Positions 27,231 to 37,739 of a stretch of 42,004 nt of DNA are shown here, piece by piece (the stretch's first letter is position 1; each line of letters starts with the position of its first letter). Source of the DNA: Chthoniobacteraceae bacterium (GTDB lineage Bacteria > Verrucomicrobiota > Verrucomicrobiia > Chthoniobacterales > Chthoniobacteraceae); the NCBI GenBank assembly GCA_037190965.1, contig JBBCKI010000043.1, positions 1 through 42,004 of the forward strand. Direction: 5' to 3'. Both the position numbers and the translations under genes were made by a program. The notes beneath the pieces were generated by a model. That model was not told the origin of the DNA, searched no databases, and saw only the letters and a program-made list of their open reading frames with translations.

Positions 27231-29117
27231 TCACCCGTGAATGATGAGCTGGATATTGTCCGGCAATCCTGAGGCAACTCCGGCGATCACGTCACCCTTG
27301 AGGATCTTTGTCATGCCGCCCCGGTGGGAGGCCCCCAGCATCAGGTAGTCGATGCCGAGGGTTGCCGCGAGGTCGATAATGGTGCTCGAGGGATTGTCGC
27401 TGACGGCGTAGACCGGCATAACATTGATGCCACGCTCCTCACCGGCTTTCAGGACGAGCGACATGATGGCCGCGGCCTGGGGGTCGTTCTGCCATTTGGC
27501 GCGTCCGATGACGGCAGGGCCCTGCGGAATGAAGACGGCAAGCTCCTTCACGTAGAGGACACAGAGGGTCGATTTGCGGAGTTGCGCCTCGTCGAGTGCA
27601 AATTGAAGCACCGGGGTGATGCCGCGCGCGGCGACCATGATTTTCTGCCCCTCCTCCAGTTGGGGGCGTAGTTTTTCAATCGACTGCGGGTTGACGATTT
27701 CAGCCAGTTCGCGGCTGACGGTGACACTCGTGAGCCCAGCCCGCTTGAGCGTGTAGGCCCGCAGCCCAAGGCCCGCGCCAAGCATGCAGACGACGAAGAA
27801 GAGCGCGTCGGGCTTGGTGTGAGCCAGCGTGAGCTCCACGATAAAGAGAATCACGAACGTAAATCCGAAGAGCAGCCGGTCGTACCAGTGGAATCCGGCG
27901 GTTCGGTTGAACGTGCAGGAGCCGAGATTGACGGCGATGGCTCCCACGACACCGATCGCGTAGAGCCCGGCCAACGCCGTGAAATTTGCCGTGCTTAAGA
28001 GCACCGCGATGGGGAGACCGACCACGATCAGCAACGGATAGAGCGGAACGCCGTAGCGGTTTAGCCGAGTGAAGGCCCGGGGCATCTCGCCGTCGCGCGC
28101 CATCATGTAGAGCAGGCCGACCATCGCGACGATGGCGGTATTCGCCGCGCTCAAGAGCAGAAAGCAGAAGACAATCCCGACGACCCATCCGAAGACGACG
28201 CCGAACCATGGGGCCACCGTCGCCGCGCCGTACTGCTCGCCCATGAAACGAAGCATGTCTTCGCTCCGGGCCAGAAGAGCCCCGGTGATTTTCTCGGGAT
28301 CTGCGGTGCCGAGGTTGAGCGAGAGCACCTTGGGGATCGAAAGCATCGCCCAGCCGAGAATCGCCGTCCCGAAGACCACCTCGAGGGCCACGGGCCAGAT
28401 TGCCTTGGCGGCCTCCTTCCCCACCTGGGGTGCATCATGGGTGGACCCCCGGTCAAGCTTCATTACCCCCGTCAGATTGGCGATGGCTTCCACGCCGCTC
28501 AGCGCAAGGATCATCCCGACAAACTGCACCCAGACGGTACTGAAGTTCTCATGCGGCCGCTCCAGGAATTGGGTCGTCAAATGAGGCACGCTGATGCCGA
28601 CCAAAATCAGCACCACCACCACGGTGGGCGCCGAGAGCAGGATGGCGAGGTTTCCGCTGTGTTTTGGACCGTGCCAGTTAAGCCATCCCATGACCAGGAG
28701 CACGGCGGTGGTGGTCAGCGTGATGTGTTCGCGAAGAAACGCGATGAATCGGATATGTTCGCCACCCGTCGTCAGGTAGCTTAGGCCCGCCCAGCCGCTG
28801 AGCGCGGCAGTAACGGTAAGATCGGACAGTAGCAGAAGCGCGCCGACTACCGCAAGGAGCCGCCCTTGCGAACGGGCGGCAGAGTAAACTCCTCCACCGT
28901 CGGGGAAATGACGGCAGATGACAGCGTAATTGATCGCCACCAGTCCGGTGAGGGCGCAAACCGCCCAGATGATTGGCAAGGCGGAAAATTGTGCCGTCAG
29001 AAAGGCGAGGCCGAGAACGTAGGATTTGCTCGTTCCCCAGTCGCCGTAAAGAAGTCCGGCGGCTCGTTTCCAATCGACGTTTCTGGGGCGAAGATGCCCT
29101 TCTGGATTCAATTCCAC
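27231..29117 (-). CDS. APC-superfamily permease with C-terminal universal-stress (USP) domain; possible K+ transporter
   Basis: Polytopic membrane protein; LLYGDWGTS, FPDGGGVY, ALSGVEAIAN, MARDGEMP; C-terminal IDYLMLGASHRG..KILKGDV USP signature; GTG start. Confidence 0.88.
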   Translation of the reverse strand: MELNPEGHLRPRNVDWKRAAGLLYGDWGTSKSYVLGLAFLTAQFSALPIIWAVCALTGLVAINYAVICRHFPDGGGVYSAARSQGRLLAVVGALLLLSDLTVTAALSGWAGLSYLTTGGEHIRFIAFLREHITLTTTAVLLVMGWLNWHGPKHSGNLAILLSAPTVVVVLILVGISVPHLTTQFLERPHENFSTVWVQFVGMILALSGVEAIANLTGVMKLDRGSTHDAPQVGKEAAKAIWPVALEVVFGTAILGWAMLSIPKVLSLNLGTADPEKITGALLARSEDMLRFMGEQYGAATVAPWFGVVFGWVVGIVFCFLLLSAANTAIVAMVGLLYMMARDGEMPRAFTRLNRYGVPLYPLLIVVGLPIAVLLSTANFTALAGLYAIGVVGAIAVNLGSCTFNRTAGFHWYDRLLFGFTFVILFIVELTLAHTKPDALFFVVCMLGAGLGLRAYTLKRAGLTSVTVSRELAEIVNPQSIEKLRPQLEEGQKIMVAARGITPVLQFALDEAQLRKSTLCVLYVKELAVFIPQGPAVIGRAKWQNDPQAAAIMSLVLKAGEERGINVMPVYAVSDNPSSTIIDLAATLGIDYLMLGASHRGGMTKILKGDVIAGVASGLPDNIQLIIHG

Positions 29118-29367
29118 GTTGCGGAGATTGTTAAACCCGAAATCCGAGATTGGAGCGAACCGGCCGCAAAGAAAGCGTGGAGGCCAGGGGGGCGATTGCC
29201 GCCGGGAAAGAGAGAGCCCAAGGGCTCAAAGATGGGTGCCATGTGCGTTGGACTGCCGATGTATTGCTGCATTTTAGGGAGGCATTTGCGGAAATACGAG
29301 AGGATTTCTTGAAGGGGGACGCAACACAGGGTGCCATTCGAATCAGAGGGGGAAATTGCTCCCCTTC

Positions 29368-30594
29368 ATGGCTTTGTATCCGGATAATACCCCCCGTGGC
29401 CGTGCACGGCGCAAGCGCAGGCGATTCGTAATGATGATGATCGCGGCGCTTCTCGTCGCGCTGTTGATCCTTTGGGGCATCGGGAGCTATCTTGCGGGGA
29501 AGCGAGCCCGACAGGCGGCGGCGGAAGCGGCGGCGCGCCCGGTTCCCATTCCGGTGGTGGCGACGACGGTGGAGCGGAAGGATATGCCGATCTATCTCGA
29601 CGGCCTCGGCACGGTCCAGGCGTTTAATTCGGTCACCATCCATGTGCGGGTGGACGGGCAGATCACCCAAATCGCCTTCGAGGAAGGGCAGGACGTCAAA
29701 AAGGGGGATCTTCTCGTGAAGATCGACCCGGACGCTCTCAAGGCGCTGCTCGCCCAGGCGGAGGCGCGCAAGAGGCAGGACCAGGCACAACTCGACAATG
29801 CCCGGATCGATCTGAAGCGCGACTATGACCTTTATTGCCGCAACGTCATCTCCCAGCAGCAGTTCGACACCCAGGTGGCCCTTGTGGCCCAACTGGAGGC
29901 GGCGGTGGCGGCTGACGAAGCCGCCATCGTCAACCAGCAGGTGCAACTCGGCTATACCACGATCCGTTCGCCCATTGACGGACGCGTCGGTCTCCGGTTG
30001 ATCGACAAGGGGAACATCGTCCATGCCTCGGATCCCAACGGCATCATCGTAATCAATCAGCTTCACCCGATTTCCCTGGTGTTCACCCTCCCTGAGCAGC
30101 ATCTCTTCGAAATCCAGCAGCAGATGAAACAGCGGGCGCTGGTGGTTTACGCCCGGGACCGTGAGAACACAGGCCCGGCGATCAGTACCGGGAAGCTCTC
30201 GGTGGTCGACAACCAGATCGACACCACGACGGGGACGATCCGCATGAAGGCGACCTTCGCCAATGACGATCTCCGGCTCTGGCCGGGGCAGTTCGTCAAC
30301 GCCCGCCTGTGGCTGGCGACCCGCAAGAACGGCATCGTTGTCCCCGCGGCGGTGGTCCAACGCGGGCCGGATGGCACTTACGCCTTTGTGATCCGGGAGA
30401 ATCTGACGGTGGAGGTGCGACCCGTCAAAGTGTCGCAGATTCAGGAGGGCTCGGCGCTTATCGATAGTGGTATTTCGGCGGGAGAGCGCGTGGTGCTGGA
30501 GGGTCAATACCGGCTCCGGCCCGGCTCGCCGGTCAAGCTGGTTCCCGCCGCTTCGTCCGCCGCCCCGACCGCAACCCCTTCGCCCGGACCTTAA
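29368..30594 (+). CDS. mdtA: RND efflux periplasmic adaptor, MdtA-like
   Basis: N-terminal TM, GLGTV..V.IHVRVDGQI, GQDVKKGD, IRSPIDGRVGLR, DNQIDTTTGT, LWPGQFV. Confidence 0.9.
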   Translation: MALYPDNTPRGRARRKRRRFVMMMIAALLVALLILWGIGSYLAGKRARQAAAEAAARPVPIPVVATTVERKDMPIYLDGLGTVQAFNSVTIHVRVDGQITQIAFEEGQDVKKGDLLVKIDPDALKALLAQAEARKRQDQAQLDNARIDLKRDYDLYCRNVISQQQFDTQVALVAQLEAAVAADEAAIVNQQVQLGYTTIRSPIDGRVGLRLIDKGNIVHASDPNGIIVINQLHPISLVFTLPEQHLFEIQQQMKQRALVVYARDRENTGPAISTGKLSVVDNQIDTTTGTIRMKATFANDDLRLWPGQFVNARLWLATRKNGIVVPAAVVQRGPDGTYAFVIRENLTVEVRPVKVSQIQEGSALIDSGISAGERVVLEGQYRLRPGSPVKLVPAASSAAPTATPSPGP

Positions 30595-30621
30595 CCTTTA
30601 TCCCTTGGGCTTTCCCTCGCC

Positions 30622-33600
30622 GTGAACATCTCCGAACCGTTCATCCAGCGCCCCGTTGCCACGTCGCTCCTCATGGCGGGGATCGTCATCATGGGGATGC
30701 TCGGCTACTGGTTTCTGCCGATCTCGGCGCTCCCAGCGGTCGATTTTCCCACCGTGGAGGTCTCCGCGCAGTTCCCCGGCGCAAGCCCGATGGTGATGGC
30801 CTCCTCGGTCACCACCCCGTTGGAGCGGCAGTTCGGGCAGATCAGCGGCGTCGCCGCGATGAATTCGACGAGTTCCTTCAGCATCTCCTCGATCACCCTG
30901 CAATTCACGCTTGACCGGGACATCGACGCGGCGGCGCAGGATGTGCAGGCCGCCATCAACGCAGCGGGCGGCGTGCTCCCGGTTAATATCCCCAACCCGC
31001 CGACCTATAACAAGGTCAACCCTGCGGATACCCCGATCCTCACCCTCGCGATTTCTTCGCACCTTATTCCGTTGGAGAGAGTGAACGACCTCGTCGACAA
31101 CGTGCTCGTCCAGAAACTCAGCCAGGTCCCCGGCGTGGGGCTGGTGACGATCCAGGGGAAACAGAAACCGGCGGTGCGGGTCCGGGTGAACCCGGGCGTG
31201 ATCAATCAGTTGGGGCTTGGGTTCGAGGATGTTCGCAATACGCTGACACTCAATAACCTCAACGCCCCCAAGGGGAGCTTTGACGGGCCGCGACAGTCTT
31301 ACACCATCGGCGCGAACGATCAGCTCTTTACCGCAGCGGAATACCTGCCGCTCATTCTCGCTTATCGGAACGCCGCCGCCGTGCGGCTTGAGGACGTGGG
31401 GGACGCCATCGATTCCGTCGAGAACGTGCAGCTCGCCGCGTGGGTCAACGGCAAGCCTTCCGTCATTCTCGATGTGCAGCGCCAGCCCGGCGCAAATATC
31501 ATCGAAACGACCGATCGCGTGAAGGCGCTCCTGCCCGCGCTCCGCGCTTCGATTCCACCCTCCGTCCAGGTCGAGACCATCATCGACCGGACCGAGACGA
31601 TCCGCGCCTCCGTGCATGATGTGCAATTTACGCTTCTGCTCACGGTGGCGCTGGTCGTCATGGTCATCTTCCTCTTCCTGCGAAAATTCTGGGCCACGGT
31701 GATCCCGAGCGTCGCCCTGCCGCTGGCGATCATCGGCACCTTCGGGATGATGAAGCTCATAGGCTTCAGCCTCGACAACCTTTCGCTGATGGCGCTGACC
31801 ATCTCCACCGGCTTTGTCGTCGATGACGCCATCGTGATGATCGAGAACATCGTGCGTCACATCGAGGAGGGGGAGAAGCCAATGGAGGCCGCGCTCAAAG
31901 GGGCGAAGGAGATCGGCTTTACCATCATTTCACTCACCGTGTCGCTCGTCGCCGTCTTCATCCCGTTGCTCTTCATGACCGGCATCGTCGGGCGGCTCTT
32001 CCATGAGTTTGCCATCACCCTGAGCATCGCGGTGACCGTCTCCGCCATCGTTTCGCTGACGCTGACGCCGATGATGTGCTCGCGGCTGCTCACCCCGGAG
32101 AGCGAAACGAAGCAGGGGCGCTTCTACAGGGCCACCGAGCGCGGATTTCACTGGATGTCGAGCGCCTATGATCGCGGTCTCATCTGGGTGCTCGCCCACC
32201 AATTTCTGACGCTGATGGTGGCGATTGCCACGCTGATCCTGACGATCTGGCTCTACATTATCATCCCGAAGGGGCTGCTTCCCTTGCAGGATACCGGTTT
32301 GATCGTCGGTGTCACCGATGCCAACCAGAGCATCTCCTTTCGCGCGATGATGGATCGTCAGCGGGCCATCGCGCAGCGGGTACGGCAGGATCCGGATGTC
32401 ACCAATGTCGCCTCGTATGTCGGCGTGGGTCCGGTCAATGCCACCGTCAACACCGGGCGAATGTATATCGCGCTCAAGCCGCGTAAACAGCGATCCGGCG
32501 TGGCCGACATCATCGAGCGTCTGCGAAAGAGCACCGCCGATGTGCCGGGGATCACGCTCTCCATGCAGGCGGTGCAGGATGTGCAGATCGACACCCGCAT
32601 TACCCGTACGCAGTACCAATACACGCTTCAGGATTTCAACGAAGCCGAACTGGCGACATGGGCCCCCAGGCTTGTGGAGGGCTTGCGCCGCGCGCCGGAA
32701 CTGGCCGATGTTACCTCCGACCAGCAATCGAGCGGCCTGCAACTGAGCATTGAGATCGACCGCGACCGCGCTTCACGCCTGAACGTCACCATGCAGGCGA
32801 TTGACGACACGCTCTACGACGCGTTCGGCCAACGGCAGGTCTCGATCATCTTCACTCAACTCAATCAATATCGCGTGGTTCTGGAAGCCGAGCCGGGTTT
32901 TCAGAGCGATCCCGCTTCGCTCAGGACGCTCTATGTCAAATCGACCACCGGGCAGGTGGTGCCGATGGGCGCATTCTCTTCGATGAAGATTGAGACGGTG
33001 CCGCTCGCGATCATTCATCAGGGGCAGTTCCCGGCGGTCACGCTTTCATTCAACCTCAAACCCGGCCATTCGCTGGGAGCGGCGGTGAAGGCGATCGAGC
33101 GGGTCAAAAGCGAGATCGGTCTTCCCGAGTCGATTGTGACGCTCTTCTCCGGCAGTGCGGCGGAGTTTCGCAGTTCGCTCCAAAGCCAGCCGTTCCTTTT
33201 GCTCGCGGCGGTGGTGGTCATCTACATCGTTCTTGGCGTTCTTTACGAAAGCTATATCCACCCGATCACGATTCTCTCCAGCCTTCCTTCTGCCGGGGTG
33301 GGGGCGTTGCTCGCGTTGCTGGTTTTCCGCACGGAACTCTCCGTCATCGCGTTGATCGGGATCATCCTCCTTATCGGCATCGTCAAAAAGAACGCGATCA
33401 TGATGATCGACTTTGCCATCGAAGCGGAGCGGACGCAGGGGCTCGCGCCGGAAGAGTCAATTTACCGCGCCTGCCTCCTCCGTTTTCGCCCGATCATGAT
33501 GACGACCATGGCGGCGCTGCTCGGGGCATTGCCGCTGGCGTTGGAAACGGGAACAGGGTCCGAGCTTCGCCGCCCAATGGGCATTGCCATTGTGGGAGGG

Positions 33601-33741
33601 TTACTGCTTTCGCAGTTCCTGACGCTCTATACCACGCCGGTCATTTATCTCTACCTCGACCGCCTCGGCGCTCGGGTACGGAACTGGCGGCAAGCCCGGT
33701 ACACCCATCCCGAACGGCCCTCGGAGCCTGAGTCGCCATGA
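30622..33741 (+). CDS. mdtB: RND efflux permease, MdtB-like
   Basis: FIQRPVATSLL, TTPLERQFGQI, GFVVDDAIVMIENI, GIVKKNAIMMIDFA, RFRPIMMTT; GTG start. Confidence 0.9.
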   Translation: MNISEPFIQRPVATSLLMAGIVIMGMLGYWFLPISALPAVDFPTVEVSAQFPGASPMVMASSVTTPLERQFGQISGVAAMNSTSSFSISSITLQFTLDRDIDAAAQDVQAAINAAGGVLPVNIPNPPTYNKVNPADTPILTLAISSHLIPLERVNDLVDNVLVQKLSQVPGVGLVTIQGKQKPAVRVRVNPGVINQLGLGFEDVRNTLTLNNLNAPKGSFDGPRQSYTIGANDQLFTAAEYLPLILAYRNAAAVRLEDVGDAIDSVENVQLAAWVNGKPSVILDVQRQPGANIIETTDRVKALLPALRASIPPSVQVETIIDRTETIRASVHDVQFTLLLTVALVVMVIFLFLRKFWATVIPSVALPLAIIGTFGMMKLIGFSLDNLSLMALTISTGFVVDDAIVMIENIVRHIEEGEKPMEAALKGAKEIGFTIISLTVSLVAVFIPLLFMTGIVGRLFHEFAITLSIAVTVSAIVSLTLTPMMCSRLLTPESETKQGRFYRATERGFHWMSSAYDRGLIWVLAHQFLTLMVAIATLILTIWLYIIIPKGLLPLQDTGLIVGVTDANQSISFRAMMDRQRAIAQRVRQDPDVTNVASYVGVGPVNATVNTGRMYIALKPRKQRSGVADIIERLRKSTADVPGITLSMQAVQDVQIDTRITRTQYQYTLQDFNEAELATWAPRLVEGLRRAPELADVTSDQQSSGLQLSIEIDRDRASRLNVTMQAIDDTLYDAFGQRQVSIIFTQLNQYRVVLEAEPGFQSDPASLRTLYVKSTTGQVVPMGAFSSMKIETVPLAIIHQGQFPAVTLSFNLKPGHSLGAAVKAIERVKSEIGLPESIVTLFSGSAAEFRSSLQSQPFLLLAAVVVIYIVLGVLYESYIHPITILSSLPSAGVGALLALLVFRTELSVIALIGIILLIGIVKKNAIMMIDFAIEAERTQGLAPEESIYRACLLRFRPIMMTTMAALLGALPLALETGTGSELRRPMGIAIVGGLLLSQFLTLYTTPVIYLYLDRLGARVRNWRQARYTHPERPSEPESP

Positions 33742-36700
33742 ACATCTCGGAGCCGTTCATCCGTCGCCCCGTGGCGACCGCGCTTCTCTCCATGGGCCTC
33801 GCCCTCCTGGGAGTCGTGGCCTACACCCACCTTCCCGTAGCCTCGCTGCCCCGGGTTGATTTCCCGATGATTTCCGTGACGGCCCTGCTTCCCGGTGCGG
33901 ACCCGACCACCGTTGCCTCGTCGCTGGCGGCTCCGCTGGAGCGGCGCTTTGGCCAGATCTCGGCGGTGACGGAGATGACCTCCACGAGCACGCTCGGCGG
34001 CACGCTCATCAATATCCAGTTCGACCTGAACCGCCTCGTTGACAACGCGGCGCGAGATGTCCAGGCGGCCATCAACGCGGCGGCCAACGAGCTTCCGCCG
34101 AATCTCCCGAACCCGCCCACCTATCGCAAGGTGAACCCTGCCGATGCGCCGATCTGTGTTCTCGGGCTGACCTCGCCGACGCGTCCCTCCTCGGAGGTGT
34201 ACGAAGCGGCGGACGAGGTGATCGCGCAACGGCTCAGCCAGATTGAAGGAGTCAGCCAGGTCATCATCAGTGGGGCGGAGAAATCGGCAGTCCGTGTTCG
34301 GATGAACCCGGTGGCGCTGGCCTCGGCGGGGCTGAGCCTTGAGGACGTCCGCACGTTTCTCGGGAGCGCGAACGTTAATTCCCCAAAGGGATCGATTGAC
34401 AGTCCGCGACAGGCGTTGACGCTGGCGACCAACGACCAGCTCTTTCTGGCAGAGGAATATGAATCGCTCATCCTCCAGCAAAAGAATGGTGTTCCCATTC
34501 TGCTCCGGGGAATGGGGAGCGCCATCGACGATGTGGAGAACAACAAGATCGCCGGCTGGAGCGGGATGCAGCGAGCCGTTCTCATCATCATCTTCAAGCA
34601 ACCCGGCGCGAATGTGATCGAGACCGTCGAGCGCATTTACACCGTTCTTCCACAGCTTCAGAAATGGATATCGCCGTCCATCAAGATCGAGACGCTGAGC
34701 GACCGAACCGTCACCATCCGCGCTTCCGTGGAAGAGGTGCAGTTTACGCTCCTGATCACCGTCGCGCTGGTCGTGATGGTGATCTTTCTTTTCCTGCGAA
34801 GGCTTTGGCCGACGGTGATCGCCAGTATCACCGTGCCGCTTTCGTTGGCGGGAACCTTCGCCGGGATGTACCTGCTCGATTACAGTCTGGATAATCTTTC
34901 GCTGATGGCGATTACCGTTTCCGTCGGTTTTGTCGTGGACGACGCGATTGTGGTGATCGAGAACGTCTATCGCTATATCGAGGAGGGCGATCCTCCACTG
35001 ACGGCGGCCCTCAAAGGAGCGAAGCAGATCGGTTTCACGGTCGTGTCGATGAGCACTTCGCTGGTCGCGGTCTTTATTCCGCTCCTCTTCATGGGCGGCT
35101 TGATGGGGCGGCTTTTTCATGAGTTTGCCGTCACCCTTAGCCTGGCCATTTTTGTATCCGGGGTGATCTCGCTTACACTCACGCCGATGCTCTGCTCCCG
35201 ATTTCTCCGCCGCGAGGCCGACGCGCCGAAGCCGGTGTTTGTCGCCCGGGTGAGCGAGCGGGCGTTTACGTGGCTGCTTGGGCATTACGAAACCGCGCTA
35301 CGCTGGGTGCTCGGGCACCAGATCTTCATGCTGCTGGTTGCCCTGGTCACCCTGTTGGCGACGCTTTGGCTCTATATCGTCGTGCCGAAGGGGTTCTTCC
35401 CGCAGCAGGACACCGGGCTCATCATTGGCATTACCGAGGCGGCTCAGGATGTCTCCTTCGAAGAGATGGAGCGTCTGCAAAAGAGCGTTGCCCGCGTGGT
35501 GCTGGACGATCCCGCCGTGGCCACGCTGGGCTCATTTATCGGCGCAAGCGCCGCCGGGACGACGGTGAACAACGGGCGCATGTATATTACGCTCAAGCCG
35601 CTCGAAGAGCGGAAGATCAACGCCGATCAAACCATCGATCGGCTTCGCGAAAAGCTGGCGGGAGTGGTGGGGATTTCCCTCTTCCTGCAACCCGTGCAGG
35701 ATATCCGCGTCGGCGGGCGTTTGACGAAGGCGCAGTTCCAATACGCCTTGCAATCGGCGGATCTCAACGATCTCAACCACTGGGCATCGCTGCTGCTGGA
35801 ACGGATCCAGAAAATCCCGCAGATCCGCGATGCCAGCAGCGACCAGCTCACGCGCGGGTTGCAGTCCGACGTGAAGATCGACCGCGACGCCGCCGGGCGG
35901 CTCGGTTTGTCGCCCTCAAGCATCGACAACGCGCTCTACGATGCCTTCGGGCAGCGGCAGGTCTCCACGATGTACAAGCGTTACAATCAGCATTATGTGG
36001 TGCTGGAGGCCGATCCGCCGTTTCAGCTTTACCCCGCGTCCCTGGACAAGATTTACATCCGCTCAACGACCACCGGGCAGATGGTTCCTCTCTCTTCCGT
36101 TGCCAGTTTCGGCTTCAGCAATACTTATCTTTCCGTCAACCATCAGGGGCAGTTCCCCGCAGTCACACTCTCCTTCAATCTTGCGCCGGGAGTTTCGCTG
36201 GGCGAAGCCGCGGAGCTGATTCGCAAGGCGACCGAGGAGTTGAACATTCCCGCGCGTATCCAGCGGAGCTTTCAAGGGACGGCGCAGGTGTTTGAAGCGT
36301 CGCTGGCCACCATGCCGGTGCTCTTTCTGGCGGCCGTTGTGACGGTCTACATCGTCCTCGGGATGCTTTATGAAAGCCTCATTCATCCGGTAACGATTCT
36401 CTCTACGCTTCCCTCGGCGGGCGTCGGCGCGCTGGTCTCGCTCATCTTCTTCGGCTACGACCTCTCGCTGGTCTCCGCCATCGGCATCATCCTGCTGATC
36501 GGGATCGTGAAGAAGAACGCGATCATGATGGTCGATTTTGCCCTGGAAGCGGAGAGGGGAGAAGGGCTTCCTCCCGAGGAGTCGATCTACAAGGCATGCG
36601 TGATCCGCTTTCGCCCGATCATGATGACAACCATGGCGGCATTGCTCGGAGCGGTACCGCTGGCCATCGGCTTCGGTATCGGGTCGGAACTGCGCCGTCC

Positions 36701-36845
36701 GCTCGGGATTGCAATCGTAGGCGGGCTCATCGTCTCACAGACGCTGACACTCTTCACAACGCCGGTGGTTTATCTCGGGTTCGAGCACCTCCGGGAGTGG
36801 GCTCGTCGGAAGCGCGCCAAACCTGTGCCTCCAGAGGTGATCTAG
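33738..36845 (+). CDS. mdtC: RND efflux permease, MdtC-like
   Basis: Paralogue of the preceding gene with ATGA overlap; FIRRPVAT, GFVVDDAIVVIEN, GIVKKNAIMMVDFA. Confidence 0.9.
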   Translation: MNISEPFIRRPVATALLSMGLALLGVVAYTHLPVASLPRVDFPMISVTALLPGADPTTVASSLAAPLERRFGQISAVTEMTSTSTLGGTLINIQFDLNRLVDNAARDVQAAINAAANELPPNLPNPPTYRKVNPADAPICVLGLTSPTRPSSEVYEAADEVIAQRLSQIEGVSQVIISGAEKSAVRVRMNPVALASAGLSLEDVRTFLGSANVNSPKGSIDSPRQALTLATNDQLFLAEEYESLILQQKNGVPILLRGMGSAIDDVENNKIAGWSGMQRAVLIIIFKQPGANVIETVERIYTVLPQLQKWISPSIKIETLSDRTVTIRASVEEVQFTLLITVALVVMVIFLFLRRLWPTVIASITVPLSLAGTFAGMYLLDYSLDNLSLMAITVSVGFVVDDAIVVIENVYRYIEEGDPPLTAALKGAKQIGFTVVSMSTSLVAVFIPLLFMGGLMGRLFHEFAVTLSLAIFVSGVISLTLTPMLCSRFLRREADAPKPVFVARVSERAFTWLLGHYETALRWVLGHQIFMLLVALVTLLATLWLYIVVPKGFFPQQDTGLIIGITEAAQDVSFEEMERLQKSVARVVLDDPAVATLGSFIGASAAGTTVNNGRMYITLKPLEERKINADQTIDRLREKLAGVVGISLFLQPVQDIRVGGRLTKAQFQYALQSADLNDLNHWASLLLERIQKIPQIRDASSDQLTRGLQSDVKIDRDAAGRLGLSPSSIDNALYDAFGQRQVSTMYKRYNQHYVVLEADPPFQLYPASLDKIYIRSTTTGQMVPLSSVASFGFSNTYLSVNHQGQFPAVTLSFNLAPGVSLGEAAELIRKATEELNIPARIQRSFQGTAQVFEASLATMPVLFLAAVVTVYIVLGMLYESLIHPVTILSTLPSAGVGALVSLIFFGYDLSLVSAIGIILLIGIVKKNAIMMVDFALEAERGEGLPPEESIYKACVIRFRPIMMTTMAALLGAVPLAIGFGIGSELRRPLGIAIVGGLIVSQTLTLFTTPVVYLGFEHLREWARRKRAKPVPPEVI

Positions 36846-37657
36846 ACCGTCTTGCTTGAGCCTGCGTTTTTGGCCGCTTCGGCGAGCGGGCGGACGAACT
36901 CGGCGATCCGTTCCACAAGGTCGGGTTCGTTTCCGAATTCGGCGATTCGCCGGACAATCGCACTTCCCACCACGGCGGCATCGCCGTGGAAGGCGACTTC
37001 GCGGGCCTGCTCAGGCGTGGAGATCCCGAAACCGACGGCGATGGGAAGGGGAGTGGTCGCCCGGATGGCAGCGACGCCTTCGGCGAGCGTATCAGAAACG
37101 CTGGTCTGCTCGCCGGTCACGCCTTCGCGCGAGACGTAATAGATGAACCCTTCGGCCCGGCGGGTCAGTTCCGCGATGCGTTCGGGCGGCGTGGTCGGGG
37201 CGATAAGGCGGATGCGGCGAATGTTGCTGGCGACATTGAATTCGCCGAAATCTTCGTCGGGCGGCAGATCGAGGAGCAGTACGCCGTCAACGCCCGCGGC
37301 TTCGGCATCCTTCAAAAACTGGCTGAACCCGTAGAGGTAGACGGGGTTCATGTAGGTGTAGATGACGATGGCGAGCTGCGAGGTCTCGCGAATGCGCCGG
37401 ACGCTCTCCAGCACTCCCCGAAGGGTCGTCCCGGCGGCGAGGCCACGGAGGGCGGCCTGCTGGTTGACGATGCCGTCGGCGAGGGGATCCGAGAACGGGA
37501 CGCCAAGCTCCAGCACATCCACCCCGGCTTTCTCCAGGGCGATGGCGAGCTTTTCCGTGGCGGCGAGGTTGGGGTCGCCCGCCCCGATGTAGGCAATGAA
37601 TCCTTTTTGGCCGCTGGCGCGGAGCCGCTGGAAGGTTTGGTCGATCCGGTTCTGCAT
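36842..37657 (-). CDS. trpA: Tryptophan synthase alpha chain
   Basis: AGDP, LELGVPFSDPLADG, YMNP, DLP, LIAPTT, GFIYYVSREGVTG, VGFGIS, VVGSAIV. Confidence 0.97.
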   Translation of the reverse strand: MQNRIDQTFQRLRASGQKGFIAYIGAGDPNLAATEKLAIALEKAGVDVLELGVPFSDPLADGIVNQQAALRGLAAGTTLRGVLESVRRIRETSQLAIVIYTYMNPVYLYGFSQFLKDAEAAGVDGVLLLDLPPDEDFGEFNVASNIRRIRLIAPTTPPERIAELTRRAEGFIYYVSREGVTGEQTSVSDTLAEGVAAIRATTPLPIAVGFGISTPEQAREVAFHGDAAVVGSAIVRRIAEFGNEPDLVERIAEFVRPLAEAAKNAGSSKTV

Positions 37658-37739
37658 AGACGCCCTGACTCTCGGATACGAACGGGGCGGTTGAACAGTT
37701 ATTTCTTCAATTTGCCCGCAACGGCGTTAGGTTGGGGGT

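Noticed and set aside
29118..29350. c-di-AMP (ydaO) riboswitch upstream of the KimA-like permease
   Set aside because: No recognisable conserved riboswitch motifs by eye; an Rfam scan would be needed to exclude it fully
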